From contig ADNK01003372.1 in NCBI GenBank assembly GCA_000320545.1, positions 38,887 to 102,886 on the forward strand: a stretch of 64,000 nt of DNA, given 5' to 3'. This document shows, piece by piece, positions 1 to 14,645 of this stretch (the stretch's first letter is position 1; each line of letters begins with the position of its first letter). Origin of the DNA: Bigelowiella natans CCMP2755 (taxonomy: Eukaryota > Protista > Cercozoa). The notes below the pieces were generated by a model that saw nothing but the letters and a program-made list of their open reading frames with translations, was not told the origin of the DNA and ran no database searches. A program made the translations under genes and the position numbers.

Positions 1-167
1 TGAAAAGAACTTAAAAGGCCAAACACTACCTGATAGTAAAATATATCATTTTAAGGGATTAAAATACATCAAAAGAAGAAAAAATCCTATCTCGGAATAG
101 TGTAGTCATCATATCGTCTGTGCTGCTGCATGATGCTGTATGTTTGATTTGAGCATTATTTGAGCAG

Positions 168-2790
<2,623 letters not shown>

Positions 2791-3929
2791 TGCATTCTTT
2801 TCATCATATTAGGTTGTGGTTCACTACGTTTGTTCGGAGAATTTTCAAGCATCAGTGGAGGGAATGTGATGCATGAAATGGAAAGCTGGTACAGTGAATG
2901 ATTCCGTTGTACTTCTTCCATTTCTGAGTAGAATTCATTAGATGTGAAATTTGTAAATCCATGAAGGTTAGTTTCAAATTGACGCATCTTCGTCATTTAG
3001 TGCATGGCAATGAATGCCATGTTGTTTGGCACAGTCAACTTGCGCTTCTGTTTCACAGTGAGTTCTTCTCACGATGATGGCGTCATCATATCTGAGCTCA
3101 TTGCTGCAGCGCACAAGGTAGCAAGGCCAAGATTGGGTGCATGCACTTGGCCCGCAAGTTCGATCATTGTTTGCTTCTTTTTTGGAGAAGCATTGTGAAT
3201 GACTGATGCGCAACATTGTTTGTGCTGTCATTCGCGCCACAACATGCATGATGTGCGCGAGTGCATCGAAGTTGACTCCACATCGATCCCCACATGAAAA
3301 TGCACACGAACGGATTGATCAGACGATGCGACAATCGGTGCATGCTCACAACTCATGCTGTCAGGCTGATCTTGCCAGCCACTTGTGATGGCTGTGCACT
3401 GGCCGTGGCAAACCTTCTGTTTGTTTCAATGCGATCTCAGCTGCTGCGTGGCTGGCTTGCACACTGCCAGACTTTGGGACTGCTAGACGACTAGCTGAGG
3501 CACTGCTGCAATGTGACCTGGTTGGTGATGGTGAACGCGCACACAGAACAAACAAAGCACACCTGCCAGGTTCGTGTCCAACAGTGACCCTTGCATGTCC
3601 AGGTCCACAACCACATGTCGACGCATGTCAATGTGTCCTGGCGCTAGCGCCACACCAGCAACGCAGCAGCGCTGCGCAGCGCATGAAAATCGATCGCAGC
3701 GCTGATGTGATCGCAATGCAATCATTTTGAAACACATCATCAATCACATTTCTCCATGTTGGCCATGTTTGGGTCACAAAGCTAGCTGTGGAAGCCCAGA
3801 AATCAGCATGAGCGTGCACACACACACACACACACACGCACACACACAAACACACACACGTGCAGCTAGCAGATGCACCTGGACAATGGAAAGGATGAGA
3901 AGTCCCGTGCTCCGCAAAATTCCAGCGTC

Positions 3930-5128
3930 TCACCATCTGAAAGGTGAAAAGAAGTTCACTGACGAAGTGAGCAAACACACACCTGCATCAGCAATGCCAT
4001 CAGGCCACACGTTCGCTTCGAGCTGAAACTCGAGCTCATTTGTGACAGACACAGCAACACAAAAAGCAGCAGGAACCTTGCCTCTGATGGTTTTGTCAAT
4101 GAAACTTCGCTTCTGACTGACACTTGGTGCCACCACCACAGGCTGGGACGATCTGACTCGATGCTCATTGATGCATGCAAGCTGCTGGTTCGAAGAAGAT
4201 TTTTCCTTGCTCTTCCGATTTCTGATTGAATGCATCACAGATTGAGCAGTGAACGTTGCTTTGATTGGTTTCAACAATCAACTCACCTTTTGGAAGCTTT
4301 CTCAGCTTTCTTGGCGTTGAGCTCCTGACACTTTGGCCTTTGTTCAGCATTCAATTTGGTGGAGCAAGGCACAAGATTTCCAGGAAAGCGGAATGTCATT
4401 CTGCTCTTCGATGCAACCCTTTCCGTCCCTCGAATGTCAATCTGTCGAAGTGTTTGACTCTTCCACATCACCTTCACGTTTTTTTCATCAGCGTGAGACT
4501 TTTGAATGTGAATGCAACTGCAATCTCTCCTCTTCAAAGGATCCAATCCACACATCCTGCGAATCACTCAACTTCCCTCGTTGGGCTCAATGCCGAGTGC
4601 TTCTGCCAGCTTGTTCGATGTGTCTCGTTGCCTCTCACCACCTGTGGTTGCCAACAGGACGTCTTCTGTGTCATTGCTCTCCACTTTCGCGCATCCTTTC
4701 CAAAGTTGGAGAAAGTGTTCCTTCGACATGGGAAGACTGAAAGAAGCTGTGGCTCTTTTCCTGAGGGTGCATCTTTTCAATGCCTGCTGTGCTCCAAATG
4801 CCACATTGCAAATTGTGGCCCCCAGTCCGTGTCCATCGCATTTGCAGCTTTGTTTCTCCTCGAAAAGCGTCTTGCACACTTTGCGTGAAATCCTGCGTGT
4901 GAGATGACGACAATTCTCTCTCCTTTGGAGTTTTTTTTCGCATCTTCGAATTGACAGTGGGGCATTTTTCAATTCCAATTCTTCCCTTTGCTCTGCTGCC
5001 AGGCGAAGCGCCCTTGGGAAACCTCGGCTCCGTGCAATCCGAGCTCGAGCCCCATCCCCCCCCCATTCTTCCTCGCATCCTGTGCGTTGGGTCCACACCC
5101 ACCCACCGCTGTGCCAAACACCTTTCAT
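3930..5128 (-). pseudogene. Degenerate second gene of the element, unknown function, divergent from the transposase
   Basis: Chain of protein-like, Tyr-free ORFs (4568-5128, 4283-4567, 3930-4277) separated by TGA stops or frameshifts. No firm family assignment. Confidence 0.35.
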
Positions 5129-5163
5129 TCAAAAATTCGCTCAGGTGAAATCACATTGAAAAA

Positions 5164-5567
5164 GAGTTGATGACGGATCAGCAGGCCCCATTTTTGCAGA
5201 TGACGACTTTCCATGAAAAATCCAGCGCGTTCAATTTCAACTCTTTTTTCATGCGGACTTCGGCATTCGCTTGCTCTGCGCCTGCTGATTGTCCATCTTT
5301 GTGGGACAACACAGGCTTTGAAAATTGAAAGAGCCAAGACAAATTGAATTTTCATGAAAGTGTGGCGGGAACTCTCGTTTCATGTGATGCAGCAATGCTT
5401 GCACAAGTCCCCCAAAACTTCACACTGCGCAGGCGCAGGTGACAGCAGGAGAAGCGAATGTCGAAGTCCGCGTGAAAAAAAATTGAAAATTCGTGGTGCT
5501 GGCACATTGCAAAGTTGCTGTTGCTCAGGATCAGAGGGAATGGGGGCTGCTGATCCGTCATCAACTC
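5164..5567. repeat. Imperfect inverted repeat (about 120-bp arms) between the two divergent element genes
   Basis: GAGTTGATGACGGATCAGCAGGCCCCATT at 5164 matches the reverse complement ending at 5567. TTTTTTCATGCGGACTTCGGCATTCGCTT (about 5244) matches the reverse complement at about 5452-5481. Confidence 0.85.
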
Positions 5568-5873
5568 AAAAGTGTCCGAATTGACACTTGTCAACCTTTT
5601 TTTTCATTCAAAAGTTCGGAGGCGCCTGCAATGGGGCGAAGGCCTCTCATGGCCGTGGAAGAGGCGATGAATCTGGTGAAATTGCTTTCCCTGCCTCGAG
5701 CAGGAGAACACAAGGTTCGATGAAAATGCAGTGTTCGATTTGATCTCTCTTGCGAGAGAAAAAGAGAATTGTGTTTTGATCACTTTGTGAGTTTTCGGTG
5801 TTGGTTTGTTGTGTTCATGACAGCCACTTGTGCATTCTGAGCAGACGTTCCCCTGGCTTCGGACGGGATTTCG

Positions 5874-8654
5874 ATGTTGCGAAGGATCACGTCCTTCGAA
5901 TGCAAGGGACACCATGGCGAAAACCCACGAGAAGACCCTTTGCTTGGTGCCAGGTGCAACTGTGATGGGAATTGTGCTTCCGGAAAAAAATCAAAGAAGA
6001 TGTCAGCCGAACTTCGTGCTTCGAGCGCTCGGGTTTCGGGGTGGAAAGAGAAAGCCACCGAGGCACTGTCGCAGGTTGATGAGGTGAAAAAAAATTCCAA
6101 CGAAGCTGACATTGAATTGAAGCTGAGCAAAAAGAGAGAAGCTCGGCCAAAGAGGCAGCTAGAAAAATCGAAAAAAGAGCTTGCACGCGCCCAAAAAGAG
6201 CAAAAGGAGGCTGTGATGCAGCGCACCGATGCCATTGCTTCAGCCACTGCATCCAGAGCCAAAGCGAGGAAGCTCACAGAAAAAGTTGAGGCTCTCATCT
6301 CAGAAAAGAAACAGAAGTGCTGAAGCTCGCCATGTCAAGAGATGGAGATCGCCAACAAAAAGTGATGGGTGCTGCCAGCTTCAAGCTCAAGACTCAGAAG
6401 TCCAAGTCGGAAAAGCTCCTGTCATCCCTCAACAGCAAAGCCACTCAGCTCTCCATCCAACTCCAGGCATCGAAGTCTGCTGCGAAAAAGAATTCAGAAG
6501 AGTTGTCGAAGCTCAAACGCAAGCATCAAGTGGTGTCAGATCGTTCCAAAAACAGAGGGAGAGCTTTGAAGAAAATTCGAGCCAAGCTCTCTTCAATGAA
6601 GCAAGAAGTGAGGAGTTCGTGTTTGATCATGGGTCCAAAACGCAAGCTGAAGGATGATTCCAAAATCAAAACGCACCGCTTTGATTGCGCGCCGCAAAGC
6701 AGCAGAAGCTGAAATTTCTCGCTTGACATCTCGGGTGGCAGAAAAATGGTGCATGCAGCTCTCTGGATGTGGAGCATTGGAATTCGCTGCTGAAGAAGAG
6801 TGCTCCGTGAAGGTGGCTTTTCGAAAAGGCACCAAAGCAGCTGATGTGGTTGGCAAGTTTTTGCATTCAGTTGGTGGTGGACCATCGAAAAAAAAACTTC
6901 ACGAAGTTCGAATGCTCTCGCATGCTGTTCCATCCACGTGCTCGGTCAAGAAAGTGCAAGACAAAATGGATTTGGCCATGTGACAGACACAGCAACAATG
7001 GAGTCCATGTTTGATCCATCTTTTGATGCTCATCACTTCGCAGTGCATCCAGAGAAGTGTTTCAAGCACACTTTTGAGCATCGAGGGCTCGAAAATCACA
7101 CGACGCATGACGCACTGCTCGAAGGTGATGGGCGTGGAACAGGGAATTCTTTCAAGTCTGTCACATTTCAATTTGGAATTCTCAATGAGGGCCGCCCAAT
7201 GCACAGGGAGGACAGACAGTGCGTGTTGGCGCTGCTTGTTGGGGATGGAAATGGACCGATGCTTCAAAAACATCCAACTCCGTTGTTCACCAAACTCAAG
7301 GACTTGCAAGAGTGTGGCTTCACGTGGAAAGGGTGCCAAAGGAAAGTGGGGCTGCACCACACTGGAGACGCAAAATGGATGAAAATCATCCACGGCATGG
7401 TTGGTTTCCACTTGAAAAACCACAATGACTGCTTGCACTGTCACTGTCATGCTGAGGACAGAGCGGACACGACTGTGAAGTGGGCCACAGAAAAGCAGCG
7501 CTTCTCGGGACCTCTGAAAGAGTGCGGAAGGCAGCACAAAGATCTTCTTCCATTGTGTGCCAATGGAGCGTCGCTGGAGTGAAAACATGCACCTCGTGTT
7601 TCGGTTTCTTCGTGATGAGATCACAGCTCGTGTGTTCACTGACATCACAAACACAGAGTTGGGCACCCCTCAGGAGGGCATGAAACAGACAGAAAACGAC
7701 TTGCAAGCAGCTCCATTTGACATGACCAAGTTTGAGTTCAGGGCGTGTGAGGTGAAAGACAGATCAGCAGTGGGAGGATTCACTTGGGCCACTCCGAAAA
7801 TGGCGAAGATGCTGCAGATTTCAGAGGAATGGGACTTCGAACATCTGTGCAAAGTCAATCCTGGGAGAGGCGAGCCATTGCAAAAATCGGCAAGAAGCTG
7901 GGTCAAAATGCATCGCAGACTGATGGTTTGGCCAGGAGACGGGCCAGAACTGACTTGTGAAGAAACATGGAAGGAGCATTCGGATTTCATGGAGGCGCTC
8001 ATGGAAGAAGGGTGACAACAACGAACAACATGCATGCACATGTGCAGTGTGAGTGTGCGTGTGTGTGCAATTCATGACAATCATCACGTTGAAAATTTTC
8101 ATTTGTGTGTGCTTGTCAGAAATGGAGAACCAGGCATGGATGACGTGGAGATGAAGGGTCTTCCTGGCACGATTGTGACTCCTTGTTGTGCTCACACTTG
8201 GGTCAATCACATGGGGGAGCAACACGGAAGAAGTGCTGCTCATTCCAACCACTTTTCAGAGAATCCTGGACCAATTGAATCAAACATGGATTCTGATGAC
8301 TCATCTGATGAGGTTCAGGAGCTGACAGCTTGCTCAGGCGGGCTGAAATTTGCTCGGACAGACGCACTTGAACGGAAAATTTTGGCGTTTTTTCACAGTT
8401 GTTTTCAGACACTTGGCAGGCGAAATGATCATGTCATGCCAGACGCCGGGTTCCAAGAGCTCAGGAAACTCATCAATCCACACAAAAGTGGCAGCTCCAG
8501 TGGACACAAACATTGGTGCGAGTGGTGCGGCAAAGGACACGTTGGAAAAAAATTTTGCGCAGCGCATCAGCTCGAATGTGCCCAAGCACCGTGGACAGCA
8601 TTGCAATTGTCATGCATGATGCACTTCAATCACATTTTGGCAACGTTTGTGTGA
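5874..8654 (+). pseudogene. RAG1/Transib-like DDE transposase relic with N-terminal coiled coil and C-terminal Zn finger; frameshifted, one clear intron
   Basis: Motifs in RAG1-core order: EGDGRG (D at 7127), ALLVGD, TGDAKWMKIIHG (D at 7367), CxxC (7430-7441), LLPL/VPM..ENMH, VTP.(.)AHTWVNH (H-x4-H, 8193-8210), GGLKFARTDALERK (E at 8370). GT..AG intron 8012-8119 joins the frames. Frameshifts near 6320, 6680, 6980 and 7555. Confidence 0.75.
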
Positions 8655-9765
8655 CATCTGATGGCTTCAATGTCAATTGCAGTGATTTTTCCATGCATGT
8701 CCCATGCGCTTGCTGCTGGTGCAGGCTCATTTTGACATGCGTCGACACATGAATGGAAAACGAACAAAACTTGTTCACAAGATTTTGTGGCACGTGCCAC
8801 CGACCCGCTTCAAGCAAATTGCGATCGATTTTTCGAAAGCTTGCCGCCTGCGCAACGCTGCAGATGAGGCCTTGCCTCACACGCACACTCGTCTAGTCGT
8901 GGTTGCCGCGCCAGTGCAGAGCAAAAGTTCGTCACGTTCCTGACAGCTTTCCTGAACTTTGATGACCAGTTCACTTTTGAGCACTTTCCATCTGCACTCA
9001 CACCAGACTTGTCAAAACCAGAAAAACGAACAAAAACCACGCGAAAAAGGTGCGGCAAGAGCTTGCAAAGTCTGCAAAAAAAAACAAAATCCGAGCAAAA
9101 TTGCAGCCAAGCAGGTGTCAAGACAAAACTTGGTGTCACCACAACAACAGACACCCTGACCCTGGCAGGTGTGAAGTGGCAAAAAATGGCTGACGCACGC
9201 ACTTCTTCCCCGCGTAAGTGACGAGACCACGGGACAACCGCACGAAAAGAAGGGTCGATCACAAGTGAATTGCAAGCTGAATGAGTGATTGGATGAGTGA
9301 AGAAGAAGGCGAAGTGCACGTGCGAGTGAAGTTGAAGTGCCCACGGGGCCCCAAGCCAGAAAGGTGGTTTGCAAGACAGAGCAAACAAAGTTTCCAAGCG
9401 GCGATGTGTCTGATCGAAAGGATCAGGAGTGCCGTGCCAACTCATCCACTCCCTTCCCCATTGACAAGGCAGCCAATGCAGGGAAAGTGAAGGCTGAGAG
9501 AACGACCGTGAGCTGGCGGTGCGCGTGCGTGCAGCCCGCCAGCCCGGAAGTCAACTTGCCAGCAGTTTGGCGTTGATCGATCGAACGTGCGATGTGTTGT
9601 CCATGACTAGATGATTCCGAGATGACGATTGAAGCTTGTTTCTCATCACTCTTTCCCCCCATCATCATCGTCGCCATCGTTTTCGTGAACAGCAGCCAGC
9701 TTGCAGCAAGCACGTGGGTGTTCTTCGAGTTGTCGCAGTGGAAGAATGGCAGCAGGTTTCCTTCA

Positions 9766-11143
9766 ATGGACGTTGTCGCAAGTGGTTTTTCGCTTCTATT
9801 TCAAAGTTTCTCGCATCGCTTCTTACGTTGTGAATACCAACGCTTATTAGTAGATCTCTCAGTTTGCCCCCCTCCTCCTCAAACGAACGAAGATGGGACA
9901 GGTTCAGTGCTGTCGAGCTCATCACCACGGAGAAAAACCAGCGGATTTGAACAGCAGGGTTATCCTATCTGTTCTACTCTGTCGAATTCACAAGGACCTA
10001 ATGCTTAAAAAATTCCTGAGGAACAACAACTACATCGTTTACTAACATCCTTCTTTCTCTTCTTCTTGTAAGGTTACTGACTGGGAGGGTAGCGAGAACA
10101 AGGATGACGGACCTCCCATCCCAAGTGGGGAGGTATTAAAGCCCGAAACTAAAATTTTAACGCCTAAATCTGCAAAGATAATACATTCGCGGCACGTCTC
10201 TCGAGGCGGGAAAACTCCAGCATCAAGCGTGTACATCTGTGCAAGCAGCGACGATGAGGAGGTATAATACCAAATAGTGCATAAATTCTCATTTGATATT
10301 TTATTTTTTAAGTTAAAATGCTGTGTTTTTGTGTGAATTGGCGGGGAGAATGCGATGATAAGAAGGTTATTTATATGGTGCAACTACTACTTACTTACTA
10401 GGGCGAGAATGTGCTACCACCACACAGAATGAGTGGCCAAGGTGGCATTGAATCCCGCTCTTCTACAAGCCGTAGTACCTCCCATCATAGTCGTCGTCCC
10501 TCACAAACAGCAACATCAGGTTGGTAAATGAGTGGTGGTAGTAATAGTAGTAGTAGCTGTAGGATATAGTCATACCTGAAAGTAAATGTGCTATCATTGC
10601 TGTAGGATATAGTCATACCTGTAAGTAAATGTGCTATCATTGGGCAAAAATGATCCTCATTTGTCCTTCTTCTCTCTATAATCTTGGATACACATATCAT
10701 TTTTTCATGGTTAATATATGGAGAATAATCGTCGATATCTGCTGCATCGCGTATTATTATAATTCTTGTTATTATTATTATTACTATCGTTTGTACATAA
10801 GGAGAATAATCGTCGATATTCGCTGCATCGCATATTAATATTATCTTTTTTACACTTTTATACTTTTTCAATGAAAGGAGGAAATATTTGCCATATGACT
10901 CAATATAAAAAACGAATGCTTATGACGAATAGGCGCTACATCCATGGCAGAGACTACAAATATCGAGGCTTCTTTTGCTCGACTTCCAAGCCGGATGGAT
11001 TTGGACGCCCTTCACCTTGACTCTCCTGTTAACCGTCGAGATCCAAAAGGAATAACGGTGCAAACTCCAAAATTGCCTACTGCTGGCAAGAAATGGGTTA
11101 CTACTAGCATTATTATAAAATCAGAACTACATCATAGTACATA

Positions 11144-11179
<36 letters not shown>

Positions 11180-11797
11180 CAGGTCCTAATGTTAACAATG
11201 AATATGTGTTATTATCAAGTGCTGATGTTGATGTTTCTTTCTCTTGCCTATGGTTTTAATTGTTCAAGAGCAAGGAGAATGAGGAGAAAGAGAAGATTGA
11301 AAAGTCTTTAGAACCTGATGGTAGTAATAGCAGCACTGAGGAGATGAAGATGGTGATGATCATGGGAAAAGACGGAGGAGGAGGAGGAGGAGGAGGAGGA
11401 GGAGGAGGAGGAAATACTTTAGAAGACGATAATAAGACTGGAGTAGTTGCGGCAGCTGTGGTGGTAGCAGGTGATGATGCGAAAGCAGTTGAAGATGAGA
11501 AGAATTCTGCCACCCATAACGGAGTAGCCAAAGAGAAAGAGGGGATTAACATTGCTGCAGAGAGAACACAAGATAAAAGAAGGGAGGAGGAGAAGGAGGA
11601 GGAGGATGAGGAGGCTTCTGTGGAAGAGGACTTGGATATTGAACTAAAATTAAAGACCCAGATAAAAGTAAGAAGCCGCATTACATCTATCGTCTCGTCA
11701 ATCTCACAGGCTGGATGTCAATGTGTTGCAGGTGTCTAATAATAAATCTATATTGATTTTCTCCTAACCCTTAAGTTTCCATATATTTCTCTCTGTT

Positions 11798-11842
<45 letters not shown>

Positions 11843-13709
11843 CTGTCTGCACCTTTTACCTTCTTTTCTACTCTAAATCAGGCACAAATGACGGCCAACT
11901 AGTGATCATCGAACAGGGAAACAGCATTGTTTCAAAGCAGATCCATACGCGTTCAGTGACATGCATCAACCAACTAGACAATGATCGGTTGATTTGCATC
12001 CCTCCTCCTCCTCCCTTCTCTCCATCATCGTTTTTAGCTCCCTTTCCTTCCTTCCATCATCACGGCACTACTGCAACCTACTTGTAACCGTATTTCACAA
12101 TAACTGCATGATGATTATTCTCCTCTTTCCTCCTCTTCCTACTACTACTGATACGTTACCTTCACTACCATCCTCCTCCTCTTTCTACTACTACTACTGA
12201 TACCGTACCTTCACTACCATCATCATCACAAACACCCTCCCCCCCCCCCCCCTACCAGGTACGTAGTCGGATTTGTCGATGGATATGTGGTGGTGTATAA
12301 TGTCCGCAAGGATTCAAAGTACGAGATTCGTCCATCAAGGGACTCTATTACTTGTCTTTCATGCTGTTGCGAAGGAACATACATTGCCATTGCGGTTGGA
12401 GACACTGTTGTTATATTCTCTCACAAAAAAAAGGCCGAAGTTGCTCGAATTTCAGCCAATAAGATTCTGAATACGACGACGCGAAAAAATGAAGAGGAGG
12501 ATGCAATAACTACAGTCAAGTTTATCCACAAGAAATTGCTTCTCTTTGGAACGTTAGTGCAACGAAGAATGTTTGAGAGGGGATGGGAGGGAGTTGTGAG
12601 AAAGGGAGAAGAAGAAAATAAAGACTTTGAAGAAGACAATAGGGTGGTGGCTGCCCTACCACCTTTTTCTTCTTCTATTGGCATACCTCACCTTACCACT
12701 GTATCCATATCTTACCTTGCTATTATTATTACCTTAGAAGAAAGAAGAGATCTTTTTACCTTATTGATACCTCCTCCCCCATTATAATCAGCTACAACGG
12801 TAATGTAGCCATGATCACTTTGGAGAAAAAACGCATCGCATTTCGGCAGAAAATTCGTCCAAAACTGAGATATAGAAAGCGCATTGGAAGGCGCATTAGA
12901 GACCTAGTTACTCGAGTGGATCAGGTTGCTTGCTTTTGTTGATGATGTTGAAAATGATAATGATAATGATGATAATGTTGAAAATAACAGTAATAATGAT
13001 AATATTCTCAATATTATTAATGGTAAATCATGAAAGGCATTGAAGTCCTCCATAACCATAAGGAGTGTTTGTTTGGGAAGTTATGGAAAATATCATCGTT
13101 ATTGCCGACTCACTGCATGACTTTTTTTTTTCAGATTCGTAAGAAACGTGCTCAGGACTTTAACATTAGAGTTTTATTCGACTCCAAGCCCACTGTTGGA
13201 TCGTCTTCATCTTCCTCCTCCTCCTCCTCCTTCCACATCTCCTTAGGAACTACCGTAATTGATCTCAACTTCACCAATTTCTATGCGGGGAGACCTACTG
13301 AAAAGATAGGTGTCGTCGGTGTGTCTAAGCTGGCGATGCGACATCCATTCATAGTGGAAGAAAGGCAATACCATTACATTTTCTCTTATTAATAGAAAAC
13401 ATTTTGCCTGATCATCCACCAATTTTCATCAATTTTGTGTGTGATTTGCTCTTGTTATTTCCTCCTTTTATCAGCTTATTAACTGCAACAAAAGAAGGCT
13501 TGCTGATCTGGAGTGGCAACGACTCGAGCGGTTCAGAAAGGCTTTTCATTTGTGGTAAGAAGGGAATTGGTAGCTATGCATGGGCGGATGGAAAACTCTA
13601 CACGGTGCAGAAGAATACTATTTTTGTGTGGGACGCCCCCCTCGCTCTAATAGTCGAGCCACCCCCCTCTCTACAGAGAAAGGAAAAGGAGAACACTGAG
13701 AAGAAATGA
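9766..13709 (+). CDS. WD40/beta-propeller protein with low-complexity N-terminus (multi-exon; start uncertain)
   Basis: Exons encode IHTRSVTCINQLDND, YVVGFVDGYVVVYNVRKDSK..SITCLSCCCEGTYIAIAVGDTVVIF and LLTATKEGLLIWSG..IFVWDAP, which are WD-like strands. TGA at 13707-13709. Confidence 0.6.
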
Positions 13710-13924
13710 TCGTACTTATATTACAACTACTTTGATAAGATTGTATACAACCAAACTACCCGAACGGCTCTTGTGCGAGTTCAATGAGTAGTATGTGAGA
13801 TCGAAAAACGGAGATGATTGCATAGAGTAGAATCTGGCGTTATTGACATACGAATGATGATGTAGCAACAGATATAACCAAAAAGTGTGCATCGATTTGC
13901 GCATTATTCGTTTTTTAATCAATG

Positions 13925-14480
13925 GCTAGATGGTGTTCAAAGTGATGCAATTTCGTCTGAAATGGACTTTGAGACAAATGGTTGAATTTTCATACTCAGC
14001 CACCTTGTTACTTGCGACAAGCCAAATTTTGATGCATGTACGCACGTCGAGCAAATGCGCGAGCTCTGCGGTAGAGCAGCCCATCAAATGAAATCGTGTG
14101 AAAATTCACATGTGCTCATTTTTCAAATGGCGATTTTTGTTGGGCACAAGACGTCTAGACGTGCAGAGGCGAGGCATGTGTCATGCACGTGATGCGCGCG
14201 CGCGCGCGATGTTGTTGCTGCGCATGCACTAGTGCAGTTGAACAGTTGAAAACATCCGCCTCGGTAGGCACTAGCGCAGATGAATTTGGGGAAAAAAATT
14301 GTGCCAAAATTCCATCTGGAACCCGCAATCCCGCCATGCGCGCGGTTTGAACAAGCTGCTGTGTGTGTACGTGCGATGAGCACGCCGCGTGCAACGTATA
14401 AACGCAGAAAGTGCAATGTCAGCAGGCTAGCAGGCTAGCAGGTGCATGTGCGTCACGATGCATGCGAACAATTTGCATCG
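13925..14480. mobile_element. Partially TpA-depleted repeat island 2
   Basis: TG/CA-rich with several CTAG. Shares GCAGGCTAGCAGG(C)TAGCAGG with island 3 (14422 vs 22752). Confidence 0.5.
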
Positions 14481-14645
14481 AAATAGAGGCTTTTGGTACG
14501 TTGACTTCCCATTCGTTCAAACTTTGCACATGACTATTAACTAATAATCACTTAATTTTGAGCGACAACATTCGATGGTATGGCATCAGTAGTAACTAGT
14601 AATATGCTTGGCAAACATCCCATAGTTGCCTATACTCTGCTAAAT

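Larger units (their letters stand above)
2990..9796. mobile_element. TpA-erased island 1: degenerate large DNA-transposon-like element with two divergent gene relics
   Basis: Between 3121 and 9796 I find only 9 TA dinucleotides, 8 of them in CTAG. ORFs wholly inside this core lack Tyr. Contains a RAG1/Transib-like transposase relic. Termini not identified. Confidence 0.8.

Noticed and set aside
3054-3060. CACAGTG (RSS heptamer / Transib-like terminus) near the left edge of island 1
   Set aside because: No nonamer and no matching inverted end found. CA/TG-rich DNA produces this word by chance.
2974-3249. Resemblance of QVDCAKQHGIH to WbsX/GH99-like motifs after Tyr reversion
   Set aside because: Too short, and the flanking motifs are absent.
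2990-9796. CpG-methylation decay or classical RIP as the cause of the TG/CA excess
   Set aside because: CpG remains common and TA is the missing dinucleotide. RIP would increase TA.
10556-10835. Repeated 35-43-bp units resembling a CRISPR-like array
   Set aside because: Only pairs of intronic duplications, with no repeat-spacer periodicity and a eukaryotic context.
13925-14575. Possible TIRs bounding island 2
   Set aside because: Only a weak gapped similarity and no TSD.
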